Assembly: GCA_030655675.1 (NCBI GenBank)
Contig: JAUSPM010000216.1
Span: forward strand, 1 to 40,573
From: Methanosarcinaceae archaeon
GTDB lineage: Archaea > Halobacteriota > Methanosarcinia > Methanosarcinales > Methanosarcinaceae
Direction: 5' to 3'
Length of the DNA: 40,573 nt
Part shown: piece by piece, positions 1-10,610 of the stretch
Numbering within the stretch: the first letter of the stretch is position 1
How the letters are laid out: every line of letters starts with the position of its first letter
Notes under the pieces: generated by a model
Told to the model about the DNA's origin: nothing
Database searches by the model: none
The model's input: only the letters and a program-made list of their open reading frames with translations
Program-made: the position numbers and the translations under genes

Positions 1-1394
1 CTTGCATCACTGCTCTGTGTAGTCTCGTACATCTGCGACAAAAGAGCACCATATGAACTGACCAGTTCAGAAATATTCTGCTCAATGTTAGACAATCCTT
101 TTTTCATCTCTTTGCTATCAGATTGTATCAATGTCAGGGTATTTTCAAACCCATCCATCCTGTTTTCAATTGAATATATCTTCTCCTTTGCAGAATCAAA
201 TCCAATCGTTACATCAGAATTAAAATCATCAGCATTTTTATTGATCTCTTTAATTGACTCGTTGGAACTTTTCACAGCATTTGAAATGTCCTTAATATCA
301 TTTACAATCTCATCAAGGAGTGACTTTGAACCTGCGATCTCATCTCTCAGATCATCTACATCTTTTGCTCTGGCTGGGATCTCAGCAAGAGTTTCAGGTT
401 CTATAGGTTTATCTGAAAACTCTCCAATCGGTTTCTCAATAAGCGCCAGAATATCTTTCTTGTTAAATTCATCAAATGGTTCTAAAAGTGCCTCTTCAGA
501 CTCCGATTCTTTTACTTCCAACACTTCCATTTCTCGCTGTGAAAACTGCATTGGTTTTTCCATTTCCGGCAGTCTCATAATTTCAGGAGCTGCATCAAAT
601 CTTGGTGCTGCAATAGTTGATTTACTGGCTTCTTCATCCCTCAACCGCACTTCCTCAGCAACTTCCACTTCCTCGCGCAATTCTTCCATCCTATCAATCA
701 AACTACCGCCTCGCATGAGGCTTTTAAACAGTGTCTTGAATGATCTTGCAATGCCATCCATCATTTTTTTAGGAACACCATCCGATGAGGAAGATGTTAT
801 AAACGGCTGTGGGTGGGAATCCGGAATAGGAGGGAAAGGTGATACACCAGAGTCATGAGTGAGAGGAAACTGTGATACACCAGAGTCAGGAGTTGGAGGG
901 AACTGCGACATACCAGAGTCAGGAGTGGGAGTAAAAGGTGATACACCAGAGTCCGGAATAGGAGGGAACGGCGATATATCTGAGTCAGGAGTAGGAGGAA
1001 AAGGTGATACATCGGAGTCATTACCCCTTTGATTCGTTTCTTCCGGTTCCTGCCCATAAATTTCAAATGCAGGAGATGTTTTTGGTTCAAATAAGGGACG
1101 AGGGGAAGGTTTTGACATGCCACCTTTGTAAACATCGATCTTTTCAGGCCCGAATACATCATCAAATAATGGAATATCCACCCCACCATCATCAGCCTCG
1201 TTTTCTTGTATACCTTTAGATAAAGCGTTTATTACCGGGATTTCAGGTGGTTTTTTCAGGTCTATTTTATGAACATGGGTTATATCTTCTATGGGATTTA
1301 TAACAAAGTCATCATTTAAAACGTCAGAAGATGGGGTGCCCTCAGACGACTCTTTATCAAAATCCTTCTTTTTATCCCAGGGAATATCATTCAT
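1..1394 (-). CDS. Hypothetical acidic/Pro-rich repeat protein with a coiled-coil C-terminal part (5' portion only; continues beyond the window edge)
   Basis: Hand translation gives an uninterrupted minus-strand frame from ATG at 1394 to position 1 (about 464 codons). It is absent from the ORF track because it has no stop in the window. It starts MNDIPWDKKKDFDKESSEG. The middle has six 11-aa repeats (SPFPPTPDSGV-like). The last ~110 visible residues are heptad-like (IENRMDGFENTLTLIQSDSKEMKKGLSNIEQNISELVSSYGALLSQMYE), loosely reminiscent of the coiled-coil segment of archaellum ArlC/D/E (FlaC/D/E) proteins; I cannot verify this. The + ORF 85..858 is its low-complexity antisense shadow. Confidence 0.6.
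   Translation of the reverse strand, partial: MNDIPWDKKKDFDKESSEGTPSSDVLNDDFVINPIEDITHVHKIDLKKPPEIPVINALSKGIQENEADDGGVDIPLFDDVFGPEKIDVYKGGMSKPSPRPLFEPKTSPAFEIYGQEPEETNQRGNDSDVSPFPPTPDSDISPFPPIPDSGVSPFTPTPDSGMSQFPPTPDSGVSQFPLTHDSGVSPFPPIPDSHPQPFITSSSSDGVPKKMMDGIARSFKTLFKSLMRGGSLIDRMEELREEVEVAEEVRLRDEEASKSTIAAPRFDAAPEIMRLPEMEKPMQFSQREMEVLEVKESESEEALLEPFDEFNKKDILALIEKPIGEFSDKPIEPETLAEIPARAKDVDDLRDEIAGSKSLLDEIVNDIKDISNAVKSSNESIKEINKNADDFNSDVTIGFDSAKEKIYSIENRMDGFENTLTLIQSDSKEMKKGLSNIEQNISELVSSYGALLSQMYETTQSSDA
810..1019 (-). repeat. Six tandem 33-nt in-frame repeats encoding S-P/Q-F-P/T-P/L-T/I-P/H-D-S-G/D-V/I/M
   Basis: Direct reading on the plus strand shows the unit gatacaccagagtcaggagtNggagggaaNNg recurring with period 33. 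The minus-strand translation is SPFPPTPDSDI / SPFPPIPDSGV / SPFTPTPDSGM / SQFPPTPDSGV / SQFPLTHDSGV / SPFPPIPDSHP. Confidence 0.85.
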
Positions 1395-1470
1395 ATGATA
1401 TCAACTTCATAATTAGAAATGTTAGCATATATAAGAATTATACTCTCTTTTATTATATGTTTAATATTTA

Positions 1471-2295
1471 TTAAATGATTGCTCCTTTGTACACAGTCAC
1501 AGCAGGCCCTTCCATGAATACAATATCATTCACTATAGAAATGTTCAGATCTCCGCCTTTTGTGTGAACCCGGATATCACCATCCATACCCTTATGAATG
1601 TGTGCAAGATAAGCGCTAGCTACAGAGCCCGTACCACAACTCAGAGTCTCATCCTCAACCCCTCGCTCATAGGTCCTGATAGTCACCTCGCCTTCAGAAT
1701 CCACTTTTACGAAATTCACATTCGCACCATTTGGGAATATGGGATCAAACCTTATCTTTGGTGCAATCCCCAGAATATCAAGATCAAGGTCTTCAACAAA
1801 AATAACAGCATGTGGAACACCAGTATTAATCACAGAAACACTATGACCATGCATTACCACATCAATGAACTCATCAGCAGCATCACCTTTTGCAGGAATT
1901 TGTGCACGGGTCTTAAGTGGCTGCCCCATGTTGACCTTTACCCAAAATCCCGCATCATCCTTTCGTGTTTGGGCAGAAAGTACACCTGCCATAGTCTCGA
2001 CCGTAGCAGTCCCTACGTCGATGTGACCACTATCAAAACCATACTTAACAAGGCATCGAATCCCATTCCCGCACATCTCGGCTTCTGATGCATCCGGCTG
2101 GAACAGACGCATTTTCATATCAGCCTTGTCTGATCTTGATATGAAAAGAACACCATCAGCACCAATGCCAAATCGACGGTCGCAATATTTGACTGCAAAT
2201 TCCGCCTTGTCATTATCAGGAACTATTTTTTCCACAAACTCATCGATCACAATAAAATCGTTACCATTACCGTGAAGTTTTGTAAATTCGATCAT
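1471..2295 (-). CDS. dapF: Diaminopimelate epimerase
   Basis: 274 aa. Both catalytic Cys motifs are present (MCGNGIRC and SCGTGSVA), with the typical N-terminus FTKLHGNGNDFIVID. Confidence 0.9.
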   Translation of the reverse strand: MIEFTKLHGNGNDFIVIDEFVEKIVPDNDKAEFAVKYCDRRFGIGADGVLFISRSDKADMKMRLFQPDASEAEMCGNGIRCLVKYGFDSGHIDVGTATVETMAGVLSAQTRKDDAGFWVKVNMGQPLKTRAQIPAKGDAADEFIDVVMHGHSVSVINTGVPHAVIFVEDLDLDILGIAPKIRFDPIFPNGANVNFVKVDSEGEVTIRTYERGVEDETLSCGTGSVASAYLAHIHKGMDGDIRVHTKGGDLNISIVNDIVFMEGPAVTVYKGAII

Positions 2296-2499
2296 ATGAA
2301 CATGTATTATCCATGTTTATATAAGTAGTTCGCGGAAACGCACTCCTGCTGCTACAGCCTGTCCAAAAGATATGCCCCCATCATCTCCGCGCGCGTACCT
2401 CCCCGTACCCACCCATAAGCAAAAGTTCAGGTCTGCAATGAGAACAACATACAGGTTGAGCGTGATTTTAGTATTGTGCAGAAATGAACAGAAAAATAT

Positions 2500-2676
2500 T
2501 TACGTTAAATAAGGAGAGATCTCAGAAAAAATAATAAGATACCCCAAAACCAGCATTGCAAGTGAGATCAGCCACGCCCACCTGAGTATTCGTGCAAGAT
2601 TTTCGGGTTTTGATATACTTAATATGAATCTCTCAGCCAGATTTGGGGCTGGCTGATCATTAGATTCTGACTGCAT
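2500..2676 (-). CDS. Small (58 aa) single-TM hypothetical protein immediately downstream of atpD
   Basis: Hand-found ORF below the track cutoff: MQSESNDQPAPNLAERFILSISKPENLARILRWAWLISLAMLVLGYLIIFSEISPYLT. The ATG at 2676 lies 16 nt after the atpD stop, on the same strand. Its position is analogous to the small ahaG ORF reported after ahaD in Methanosarcina (from memory). There is no sequence-level support. Confidence 0.3.
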   Translation of the reverse strand: MQSESNDQPAPNLAERFILSISKPENLARILRWAWLISLAMLVLGYLIIFSEISPYLT

Positions 2677-2691
2677 GGAAATTTACCGGTG

Positions 2692-3312
2692 TTATGATTT
2701 TTTGATTCTCTTGAGCCTAAACGTGTTCTCACGTTCCATCTCTTCAAGGCGCAGTCGAATAAAGACCATCGCCTCGGTGAGTTCAGGAATTACCTTGAAC
2801 TCAAGAGCATTGACACGCCTTTTAGTCTTCTCGATATCATCAAGAAGTCTTTTCATGGTCGTCTCGATCTCTGCTGCAAGAATTATTTTCTCAACAAGTA
2901 TCTCATACGAATCTGCTGCCTCATCGATATAAGAACTTGTTCCAAGTACACCATATCCACGCTTGTTCATGGGTTTACGCACACTGGATGATTCGATCTT
3001 TGGAACGACAACACCCATGATATTACGGCTATCAACCTGGATCTGTGGTACATCTTTCAATGCGAACGCAGTGGATTTTACAGTAATAGTACCTTCCACT
3101 GACTTTGCAATGCCTATCTTCTCAGAAGCTTCCTTAAAGGCAGCATCCAACTCAGACCGGACATCCTTAGCTTTACCCAATATCTCAAAGAACTCAAGGA
3201 TCAGACCATCTCGCTTCATCTTGAGCAGTTTGTGACCACTCTCAGATAGCTTGATCTTCTTCTTGAGCTCAATAAGCTCAGATCGTGTTGGTTTTACCTC
3301 ATTTATAGCCAT
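2692..3312 (-). CDS. atpD: A1AO (V-type) ATP synthase subunit D
   Basis: 206 aa coiled-coil protein. The N-terminus VKPTRSELIELKKKIKLSESGHKLLKMKRD is typical of A/V-type subunit D. It is the last gene of the H-I-K-E-C-F-A-B-D order. Confidence 0.9.
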   Translation of the reverse strand: MAINEVKPTRSELIELKKKIKLSESGHKLLKMKRDGLILEFFEILGKAKDVRSELDAAFKEASEKIGIAKSVEGTITVKSTAFALKDVPQIQVDSRNIMGVVVPKIESSSVRKPMNKRGYGVLGTSSYIDEAADSYEILVEKIILAAEIETTMKRLLDDIEKTKRRVNALEFKVIPELTEAMVFIRLRLEEMERENTFRLKRIKKS

Positions 3313-3334
3313 TGTGCATCACTCGTGTTTAACC

Positions 3335-4723
3335 TTATTCACTTTTGGCTTTGTTTGCAGGATGATATGCATCAATGAACTTATTATCAATCCTGGTAAG
3401 TTGTGCCATAGGAAGTTCAGACAATATTTCCCATGCAATTCTCAGGGTATCGTCCACAATATGACGGTTCTCATTCCTGCCCTGGCGCACGAAACGATCT
3501 TCAAACAGATCAGCAAACTCAAGGATCTTCTGATCCCTCTCAGATAATGCATCCTTACCGACAATTGCCACAAGACCTCTCATGTCACGACCTTCCGCAT
3601 ACATTGCATACATCTGATCTGAAACTGCCTTGTGATCTTCTCTTGTCTTGCCTTTGCCAATACCCGAATTCATAAGACGGGACAATGATGGCAACACGTT
3701 GATCGGTGGATAGATACCTTTTCTGTGAAGTTCCCTTGAAACCACGATCTGTCCTTCAGTAATGTATCCTGACAGGTCAGGGATCGGGTGAGTAATATCG
3801 TCACCAGGCATTGTAAGGATTGAGAATTGTGTAACTGATCCTTTCTTGCCTTTGATAACTCCTGCTCTCTCATACAATGATGCAAGATCAGTATACATGT
3901 ATCCTGGATAACCACGTCTGCCAGGCACCTCTTCACGAGCTGCACCCATCTGGCGCAATGCCTCACAGTAGTTGGTGATATCAGTCATGATAACAAGAAC
4001 GTGCATATCATGTTCATATGCAAGATATTCAGCAGCTGTAAGCGCCATTCTTGGAGTGATCAAACGTTCGACCGCAGGGTCGTCTGCAAGGTTGAGGAAA
4101 ACAACAGCCCGCTCAAGCGCACCTGTCTTCTCGAAATCCTGCATGAAATACTGGGCTTCCTCATTGGTGATACCCATTGCAGCAAATACTACTGCAAACG
4201 GTTCATCGGAACCCAACACCTTTGCCTGACGTGCGATCTGAAGTGCGATCTCGTTATGTGGAAGACCTGCACCTGAGAAAATAGGGAGTTTTTGCCCTCT
4301 TACAAGGGTGTTTGTACCGTCGATCGTTGAGATACCTGTCTGGATGAAATCCACAGGTGGCAGCCTTGAATATGGATTCATTGATGCGCCGTTAACATCG
4401 ATCCTGTCATCAGGAACAATTCTTGGTCCGCCATCGAGTGGTTCGCCTGCTCCTGAGAGGATCCTGCCGAGCATATCCTTTGACACAGATAATTTGATCG
4501 TCTCGCCTGTGAACACTACACCGGATTCGCTATTGAGTCCACCGGTACCTTCGAATACCTGAACTACAACAGTATCAGCAGAGGTATCAAGAACCTGTCC
4601 TCTTTTTGTAGTTCCATCTGGAAGGTTGATATTAACAAGTTCGCCATATCCAACTGGTTCTGTTTTTTCGAGGAAGATCAGTGGTCCTGAAACTTCCGTT
4701 ATCGTCTTGTATTCTTTGGTCAT
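3335..4723 (-). CDS. atpB: A1AO ATP synthase subunit B (non-catalytic)
   Basis: 462 aa, with strong family motifs ([52 protein letters not shown]). Confidence 0.95.
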   Translation of the reverse strand: MTKEYKTITEVSGPLIFLEKTEPVGYGELVNINLPDGTTKRGQVLDTSADTVVVQVFEGTGGLNSESGVVFTGETIKLSVSKDMLGRILSGAGEPLDGGPRIVPDDRIDVNGASMNPYSRLPPVDFIQTGISTIDGTNTLVRGQKLPIFSGAGLPHNEIALQIARQAKVLGSDEPFAVVFAAMGITNEEAQYFMQDFEKTGALERAVVFLNLADDPAVERLITPRMALTAAEYLAYEHDMHVLVIMTDITNYCEALRQMGAAREEVPGRRGYPGYMYTDLASLYERAGVIKGKKGSVTQFSILTMPGDDITHPIPDLSGYITEGQIVVSRELHRKGIYPPINVLPSLSRLMNSGIGKGKTREDHKAVSDQMYAMYAEGRDMRGLVAIVGKDALSERDQKILEFADLFEDRFVRQGRNENRHIVDDTLRIAWEILSELPMAQLTRIDNKFIDAYHPANKAKSE

Positions 4724-4725
4724 GA

Positions 4726-6462
4726 TTATTTGCCTCCGAGTTTTGCAAATTCTGCATCCATCTTGGTCAAGACTACATTAAGCGCTGATTCGAAATCCTC
4801 TTCGTACTTAACTTTTGCAAGGTCATCCTTTGATTCAACAGATATAATGTCACCCATTGGGACACCAGCTTCAAGTGCTGCGTTTGCCATTTCACCATAC
4901 TTGGATATTGCTTTTAGCAACTTGTACTGTTTATCAAATGGACAGAAAGTGTCAACCGGATGGAATGCATTCTGCTGCAGGAAATATTCACGAATCATGC
5001 GTGCGATCTCAAGTGTCAACTGCTGATCTTCCGGAAGTGCGTCAGAACCGACAAGTTGCACGATCTCCTGAAGTTCAGATTCCTGTTGCAAAAGGTCCAT
5101 TGCATTGTCACGAAGGGATATCCAGTCGGGCGCAACATTCTCTGTGAACCAGTCCGCAAGTCCGTTGGTGTATAAGCTGTAACTTGAAAGCCAGTTTATG
5201 GACGGGAAATGTCTTCTCTGTGAGAGTTTTGCATCCAATGCCCAAAATACCTTCACAATACGAAGTGTGCTCTGGGTAACAGGCTCTGAGAAGTCACCGC
5301 CAGGCGGTGAAACTGCACCGATAACTGTGATCGAACCATCAAAACCGGCAAGTGAATGTACAGCTCCTGCCCGCTCATAGAATTCAGATAATCTTGCTGA
5401 AAGATATGCAGGATAACCTTCCTCACCAGGCATCTCTTCAAGTCGGGATGAGATCTCCCTCATTGATTCTGCCCATCTTGAAGTTGAATCTGCCATCAAA
5501 GCTACATCATATCCCATATCACGGTAATATTCCGCAATTGTGATTCCTGTGTAAACAGATGCTTCACGTGCAGCCACTGGCATGTTAGATGTGTTTGCAA
5601 TAAGAACAGTTCGCTCCATCAATGGACGTCCTGTCTTTGGATCCTCAAGCTCCGGGAACTCGTTAAGCACATCGGCCATCTCGTTACCGCGTTCTCCACA
5701 TCCGATGTAAACTACAATATCGGTGTCACTCCACTTTGCAAGTTGCTGCTGTGTAACAGTCTTTCCTGAACCGAACGGTCCCGGGATTGCAGCTGTTCCG
5801 CCTTTTGCTACAGGGAACAATCCATCAAGGATTCGCTGTCCTGTGATCAATGGCTTTGATGGCATGAGTTTTTTAGCAACTGGTCTTGGTTTTCGCACTG
5901 ACCACTTTTGCATCATTTGTAACTCTGTACCATCTGAAAGCACACAAATAGTTTCATCAACTGTGAATTTTCCACTCTTAATTTCATTCACAGTTCCGGA
6001 TACATTTGGAGGCACCATGATCTTGTGCTCAATGTTCATAGTTTCCTGTACAACACCGATCACTTCACCGCCTTTAACTGAATCGCCGCCACTGACAATA
6101 GGTTTGAAATCCCACTTCTTGTCACGGTCAAGTCCGTTTGCAGTAACACCTCTCTGAATGAAGTCTCCCATTTGTTCCTGGAGTACCTTGAGAGGTCTCT
6201 GAATACCATCATAGATACTTTCTAAAAGTCCAGGACCAAGTTCTACGGACAGAGACATTCCTGTGTTTACCACAGGCTCGCCCGGCTTGATTCCTGATGT
6301 ATCTTCATATACCTGGACCGTGGCTTTGTCGCCTTTGATCCTAATAACTTCGCCCATCAGTCCTTCATGACCGACCTTTACCACATCATACATTTTTGGT
6401 TTAATGCCGGTAATTGTGACAACAGGCCCTGCTACACGATAAATTTCACCTTTTACTTCCAC
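4726..6462 (-). CDS. atpA: A1AO ATP synthase subunit A (catalytic)
   Basis: 578 aa. Walker A is GPFGSGKT. It also has [21 protein letters not shown] and the non-homologous insert typical of A subunits. No intein-sized insertion is present. Confidence 0.95.
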   Translation of the reverse strand: MEVKGEIYRVAGPVVTITGIKPKMYDVVKVGHEGLMGEVIRIKGDKATVQVYEDTSGIKPGEPVVNTGMSLSVELGPGLLESIYDGIQRPLKVLQEQMGDFIQRGVTANGLDRDKKWDFKPIVSGGDSVKGGEVIGVVQETMNIEHKIMVPPNVSGTVNEIKSGKFTVDETICVLSDGTELQMMQKWSVRKPRPVAKKLMPSKPLITGQRILDGLFPVAKGGTAAIPGPFGSGKTVTQQQLAKWSDTDIVVYIGCGERGNEMADVLNEFPELEDPKTGRPLMERTVLIANTSNMPVAAREASVYTGITIAEYYRDMGYDVALMADSTSRWAESMREISSRLEEMPGEEGYPAYLSARLSEFYERAGAVHSLAGFDGSITVIGAVSPPGGDFSEPVTQSTLRIVKVFWALDAKLSQRRHFPSINWLSSYSLYTNGLADWFTENVAPDWISLRDNAMDLLQQESELQEIVQLVGSDALPEDQQLTLEIARMIREYFLQQNAFHPVDTFCPFDKQYKLLKAISKYGEMANAALEAGVPMGDIISVESKDDLAKVKYEEDFESALNVVLTKMDAEFAKLGGK

Positions 6463-6752
6463 AGATCAACACCTACTGATTGTTTTATTTTGTCCCTTAA
6501 ATTCGAACTTTCGCCCGTGCCGCCAAGAGTTACAATTGTAGGCTCAACAGAATCGTTGAGCGCTTCTCTCAAAACTTCCGGCAATTTGTTAATATCATCA
6601 TCATGCATCACAAGGATTCCAATATCGGAATCTTTGAGTGCTCCATTAACAGTAGATTCCAGATTATCATCGCTGACCTCGAATATCTTTTTGATACCCG
6701 CCAGCCTGAATCCGGTTACAAACTCACTGTCTCCAACTACTGCTAATTCCAT
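6453..6752 (-). CDS. atpF: A1AO ATP synthase subunit F
   Basis: 99 aa, with [20 protein letters not shown] typical of A/V-type subunit F. It overlaps the atpA start by 10 nt. Confidence 0.85.
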   Translation of the reverse strand: MELAVVGDSEFVTGFRLAGIKKIFEVSDDNLESTVNGALKDSDIGILVMHDDDINKLPEVLREALNDSVEPTIVTLGGTGESSNLRDKIKQSVGVDLWK

Positions 6753-7840
6753 TAGATCACCAACTGGTTCCGAATTACATCATCACTGAGGTTTGCTGCT
6801 TTGCCTCTTGTGATTATCCGCAGATTGTTTACTTCATTCCTTTTACTAATAATGTAATCCATTATTGGTACAATTGAAAGTGGGTAAACATGTGAAAAAC
6901 TCGATGCAGATTTTAAACTATGTTTTGTCAATTGTGTTTCAACATTGATCAATGAACCCGTATCCGAAGTTACAGCATCTGAGATTGAGTTCCAATATGA
7001 ATATTTGTTAAGTGCCTGAATGAAATCATGATAAGAAAGTGGCAATAATTTCTTAATATTCTTTATACTCAATTCAAGACCACCATCAATGATAAGATCA
7101 AGTATTTCATCACTATCGACTTCTGCTTTCTTAAGCCGGAACAATGTCTTCAAGTTCTTGATATCAATCTCAGTTTTTATGAACGTCGCAAACAATTTAC
7201 GATCTTTTGATTTTGATTCACCGATGATATTGAAAAGACCATCATAATACATCTTATCCAATCTATTCTCAATAACCGATAGATTTATTTCATCATAATC
7301 TTTCAATATTGAATGATATTCAGTACCTTCAAGAGCCGCAATAACTTCACCATATGATGATTTACCTGCCAGTTCTGACAAGAATGTGTAACTGAACTGT
7401 CCCGCTGAAACTAAAGATTCTTTAATCTCATCAGTGGATGCATCGTAATATTTGCCTCGAAGAATAGTTTTGAGATTCCAGACATCATAGTTTTTCAGAT
7501 ATTCAGTGAGCAAATAATTTGGTTCGCCTTCCGAGATATTGATCAACTTCGTGAATGTCTCTGCAAGATTTTTATTCAATCCATGTTCAATAAGATCCAC
7601 ACCACTGTATGTTCTTGCTAATTCATCAATTTCCTGCTTGTACCCGGATTCTCCTATAAAACGGGTAATTTCACTTATGCCCATATTCATAAGTCTTGGA
7701 TATATCTCCTTGGGCAAAAGTTTGCTTTTCATTGCACGAACACGTGTGGCAAAATATGCATAGTTGGAACTGCCACGGTATTGTGACGATTCACCACCAG
7801 GCCAGTATTTCTGCAAAAAACCCATTTTGACATCACCCAA
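6752..7840 (-). CDS. atpC: A1AO ATP synthase subunit C (V-type d homologue)
   Basis: 362 aa helical protein in the correct operon position between E and F, with repeated [13 protein letters not shown] / [10 protein letters not shown] motifs characteristic of subunit C. Confidence 0.85.
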   Translation of the reverse strand: MGDVKMGFLQKYWPGGESSQYRGSSNYAYFATRVRAMKSKLLPKEIYPRLMNMGISEITRFIGESGYKQEIDELARTYSGVDLIEHGLNKNLAETFTKLINISEGEPNYLLTEYLKNYDVWNLKTILRGKYYDASTDEIKESLVSAGQFSYTFLSELAGKSSYGEVIAALEGTEYHSILKDYDEINLSVIENRLDKMYYDGLFNIIGESKSKDRKLFATFIKTEIDIKNLKTLFRLKKAEVDSDEILDLIIDGGLELSIKNIKKLLPLSYHDFIQALNKYSYWNSISDAVTSDTGSLINVETQLTKHSLKSASSFSHVYPLSIVPIMDYIISKRNEVNNLRIITRGKAANLSDDVIRNQLVI

Positions 7841-8384
7841 ATAAAATATCAGATATTTGTTTCATGGAATTGTCATTCAGACTATCAAGAATTACGTCGT
7901 AGGTATAATCCAGTCTAATGGTACTGTCTTCATTCTCTATCACCACACCACCGATGCAATCAATATTGCCGGCATAGATAAGTGATGAGAGCTTTTTAAC
8001 GAGTTTTTCAGAATCTTTGTTTGAGTATATCTTAGCACCACTGCCTTGATATTTATCAATGATCGCTTTTAATAATTCCTCATTTTTTGAAGACGGCAAA
8101 TCTTTAATAATTTCAATACTCTGACTGTAGACTTTATCAAGTACTTCTTTACGTGCATTGAGCATTGTGCGTTTAACTTCCAGATTTGCACTGGAAATCT
8201 CCTGTTGCCTCAATTTCTTGATATCATCCTCAACTTTTACAAGCCTATCTCCCATGATCTTTTTTGCATTCTGCCTAGCTTCATCCAATATGGAAGATAC
8301 TTCAGCATCAGCTTCGCCATTTATTTTGGACGCTTCTGTATTTGCAACATCCATGATATCCTTTACAACTGTTTCAAGTCCCAT
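7833..8384 (-). CDS. atpE: A1AO ATP synthase subunit E
   Basis: 183 aa. It has a long charged N-terminal helix and a globular C-terminus (IGGVVIENEDSTIRLDYTYD). Operon position fits, and it overlaps the atpC start by 8 nt. Confidence 0.8.
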   Translation of the reverse strand: MGLETVVKDIMDVANTEASKINGEADAEVSSILDEARQNAKKIMGDRLVKVEDDIKKLRQQEISSANLEVKRTMLNARKEVLDKVYSQSIEIIKDLPSSKNEELLKAIIDKYQGSGAKIYSNKDSEKLVKKLSSLIYAGNIDCIGGVVIENEDSTIRLDYTYDVILDSLNDNSMKQISDILFG

Positions 8385-8434
8385 AGCCTTTCACCTTCAA
8401 TGAATTCAAGAGCATAAGTTGCTCTTAAATTCAA

Positions 8435-8668
8435 TTATTTGATAAGCAATGCAACAACCAGACCAAAGATAACAATGGTTTCCGGGATTACAGTTAGGAT
8501 CAAACCTTTACCAAACAGACTTTCATTCTCTGCCATTGCACCAATTGCTGCAGTACCAATATCTTTTTCTGCAATTGCAGATGCAAGTCCTGTAAGTCCA
8601 ATTGCAAGTCCTGCACCAATTGCTCTCATTCCTGATGCGTCAATTACTGCTAATTCTTCTCCTACCAT
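8435..8668 (-). CDS. atpK: A1AO ATP synthase proteolipid (subunit K/c), single hairpin
   Basis: Two glycine-rich TM helices (AIGAGLAIGLTGLASAIA ... LILTVIPETIVIFGLVVALLI) carrying the carboxylate in a P-E-T context. I prefer the internal ATG at 8668 (MVGEELAV...) over the track start at 8704. It has a GGAGG 8 nt upstream and does not overlap atpI (stop 8673-8675). Confidence 0.85.
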   Translation of the reverse strand: MVGEELAVIDASGMRAIGAGLAIGLTGLASAIAEKDIGTAAIGAMAENESLFGKGLILTVIPETIVIFGLVVALLIK

Positions 8669-8672
8669 ATTA

Positions 8673-10610
8673 TTATTCCTCCGTGTATTTTCTAATATAT
8701 CCAAATGGGTTGTACTTTATTCCCCCGCCTTTATAGAATTTTGTAAAGAATTCGACATACTGCAACCTGAGTGAATGTAATCCGGGGGCAATGATACTCA
8801 GGACTGTGTTTAAAGCATGTCCGAATAAAAATATTAGTATTGCAAAAATTGTCATCGGACCAAATGATTCTGGCATAACCATATCAAATGCGATCTGATT
8901 GACAGTTGATGCAATATAAATTGAAGATAGGCCTACTGCTATGATACGTGTGTATGAAAGCGAATTGCTCAAAAGTGCCGGTAACTCAATAGGACCTTTG
9001 ATGCCTTCTCCCTTTAGAAGCATCACAAACCCTATCAAAAACACTCCAATTCCAGATATAGATGAGATATATCCCATATACCCAAGAGCAGCCAACAGTA
9101 AACCGATCTCTATTACAAACCAGCTTCCCTTTTCAAGCACTGCGGCCATAAATCCATGGTTTTTCCTTTCATTGATAAATCCCAATAGGAAACCGAAATT
9201 GATATGAATTAAACCGATCAAAGCCGTCACAACGATCATTGTCATAACTAAATGAGTCCTGTGAACTGGATATGTTATCATTTCAGCGGCAAATGGAGAT
9301 GGGAACAAATTGATCGTTTCAAATCCGGCAATTAAACCGGGTATGTAAACACCGTGTGTTTCCAAACCTGCAAGTGAGAATCCAAGAAATTCGCCATAAA
9401 TTACACCAAATATCAAAGTTGATATCTGACAGTAAATCAAGATGTTCATAAGAGGCTTTACAGCATCTGATTTAACCAATTTCTTGATTCCAAATGCAAG
9501 TGTCATCAAAATTAAAGCATACCCAATGTCACCAAGTATCATCCCATAAAAGAGTGGGAATGAGATAAATATTAATGATGTAGGATCAATTTCCGTATAT
9601 TTTGGACGTGAATAAAGATTCATTATCTCTTCAAATGGTTGTGTAATTTTTGGATTATTATATTCGATCGGAACAATATCGTTCTCTTCCTTGGTCACAT
9701 CCGTCCGTGAAATAAAAGCACGCCCATCAGTTGCATCTTCAATTGTATCTGCGAGCAGATCGTAATCCTCATTTGGCACCCACCCATCCACCATAAATGT
9801 ATGTTCAGATGTAGCAATGCGTAGAGGAACTTCAGCCTTCTGTGTTTCAATGGAAAGCAATTCATCGCTTGCCAGTATAAAATCGGAATATTTTATCTTA
9901 AGTGACTCAATCTCTGCATCAAGAGATTCAATGTTTTTTTGTAGATTTGCAACATCCAATTCCATTTTTCCCAAGAGGTCAACAGGTACACCACTCATTT
10001 CAGGCACCCTGAGTTCCTTGAATGCGAACTCTGACAAAATATCCGAAACTGCATCTGCATGCTCTTTCAAAACAAACAATACAATAATTCCGGATTTTGA
10101 ATCAGAGAACAGTTCGTATGATTTTGTGATGTTTGAAAGTTTAGATTCAATATCACCTTTCACGACACCTGCAAAAACAGCAATATTCTCATAACCACTA
10201 TATTGTTCAAGATCAATGGGAATTGTAGCAAAAGGAAGCAATTCATTGATATGAGTGACAAGTTCCTTCTGATTATTTTCAATTTCAATCTTTCGTCCAG
10301 TTCTCTTTGACACCTCATTGTCAAGTTCCACTAATTTAGTATCAAGTTCCTTAAACACTGAATCCATGTTCTGTTTTTTAATATTACCCTTTTTGACACC
10401 AAGGAAATTTGAAATCGATCGGATCTTAATCAGTTTATTTGATACATCCTCACCATTCTCAAACGGTTTGCCTATTTTTAGGCCCAGATCTTCATTATTA
10501 TAATCTTCTAAATGAAATGAATTGATACCGTGAAGTGCATCTACTGTCCTCTCAAATATATCTTTATGACCAACAATAGTTACACGGCTCATCTGTTTGA
10601 CATTAAGCAT
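8673..10610 (-). CDS. atpI: A1AO ATP synthase subunit I (V-type a homologue, stator/ion channel)
   Basis: About 645 aa, with a cytoplasmic coiled-coil N-half and a polytopic C-half containing LSYTRIIAVGLSS (essential Arg region). The probable start is ATG 10610 (MLNVKQMSRVTIVG), overlapping the atpH stop in ATGCTTAA. The track start is 10625. Confidence 0.9.
   Translation of the reverse strand: MLNVKQMSRVTIVGHKDIFERTVDALHGINSFHLEDYNNEDLGLKIGKPFENGEDVSNKLIKIRSISNFLGVKKGNIKKQNMDSVFKELDTKLVELDNEVSKRTGRKIEIENNQKELVTHINELLPFATIPIDLEQYSGYENIAVFAGVVKGDIESKLSNITKSYELFSDSKSGIIVLFVLKEHADAVSDILSEFAFKELRVPEMSGVPVDLLGKMELDVANLQKNIESLDAEIESLKIKYSDFILASDELLSIETQKAEVPLRIATSEHTFMVDGWVPNEDYDLLADTIEDATDGRAFISRTDVTKEENDIVPIEYNNPKITQPFEEIMNLYSRPKYTEIDPTSLIFISFPLFYGMILGDIGYALILMTLAFGIKKLVKSDAVKPLMNILIYCQISTLIFGVIYGEFLGFSLAGLETHGVYIPGLIAGFETINLFPSPFAAEMITYPVHRTHLVMTMIVVTALIGLIHINFGFLLGFINERKNHGFMAAVLEKGSWFVIEIGLLLAALGYMGYISSISGIGVFLIGFVMLLKGEGIKGPIELPALLSNSLSYTRIIAVGLSSIYIASTVNQIAFDMVMPESFGPMTIFAILIFLFGHALNTVLSIIAPGLHSLRLQYVEFFTKFYKGGGIKYNPFGYIRKYTEE

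Noticed and set aside
85-858. 257-aa plus-strand ORF from the track
   Set aside because: It is Ser/Ile/Phe-rich and low-complexity with no motifs. It lies exactly antisense to a much longer, protein-like minus-strand frame (1-1394). It is treated as an antisense shadow ORF.
797-1192. 131-aa minus-strand ORF from the track
   Set aside because: It is out of frame with the continuous 464-codon minus-strand ORF that covers the same DNA. Its Leu/His-rich repeats are just the 33-nt repeats read in the wrong frame.
2330-2420. GDDGGISFGQAVAAG peptide, reminiscent of the C-terminal NDGGISLGQ motif of HypF/carbamoyltransferase-type proteins
   Set aside because: Only about 12 residues of resemblance, with no upstream HypF-like sequence. 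This is too short to call without a database search, so it is kept only as part of the in-frame-stop observation.
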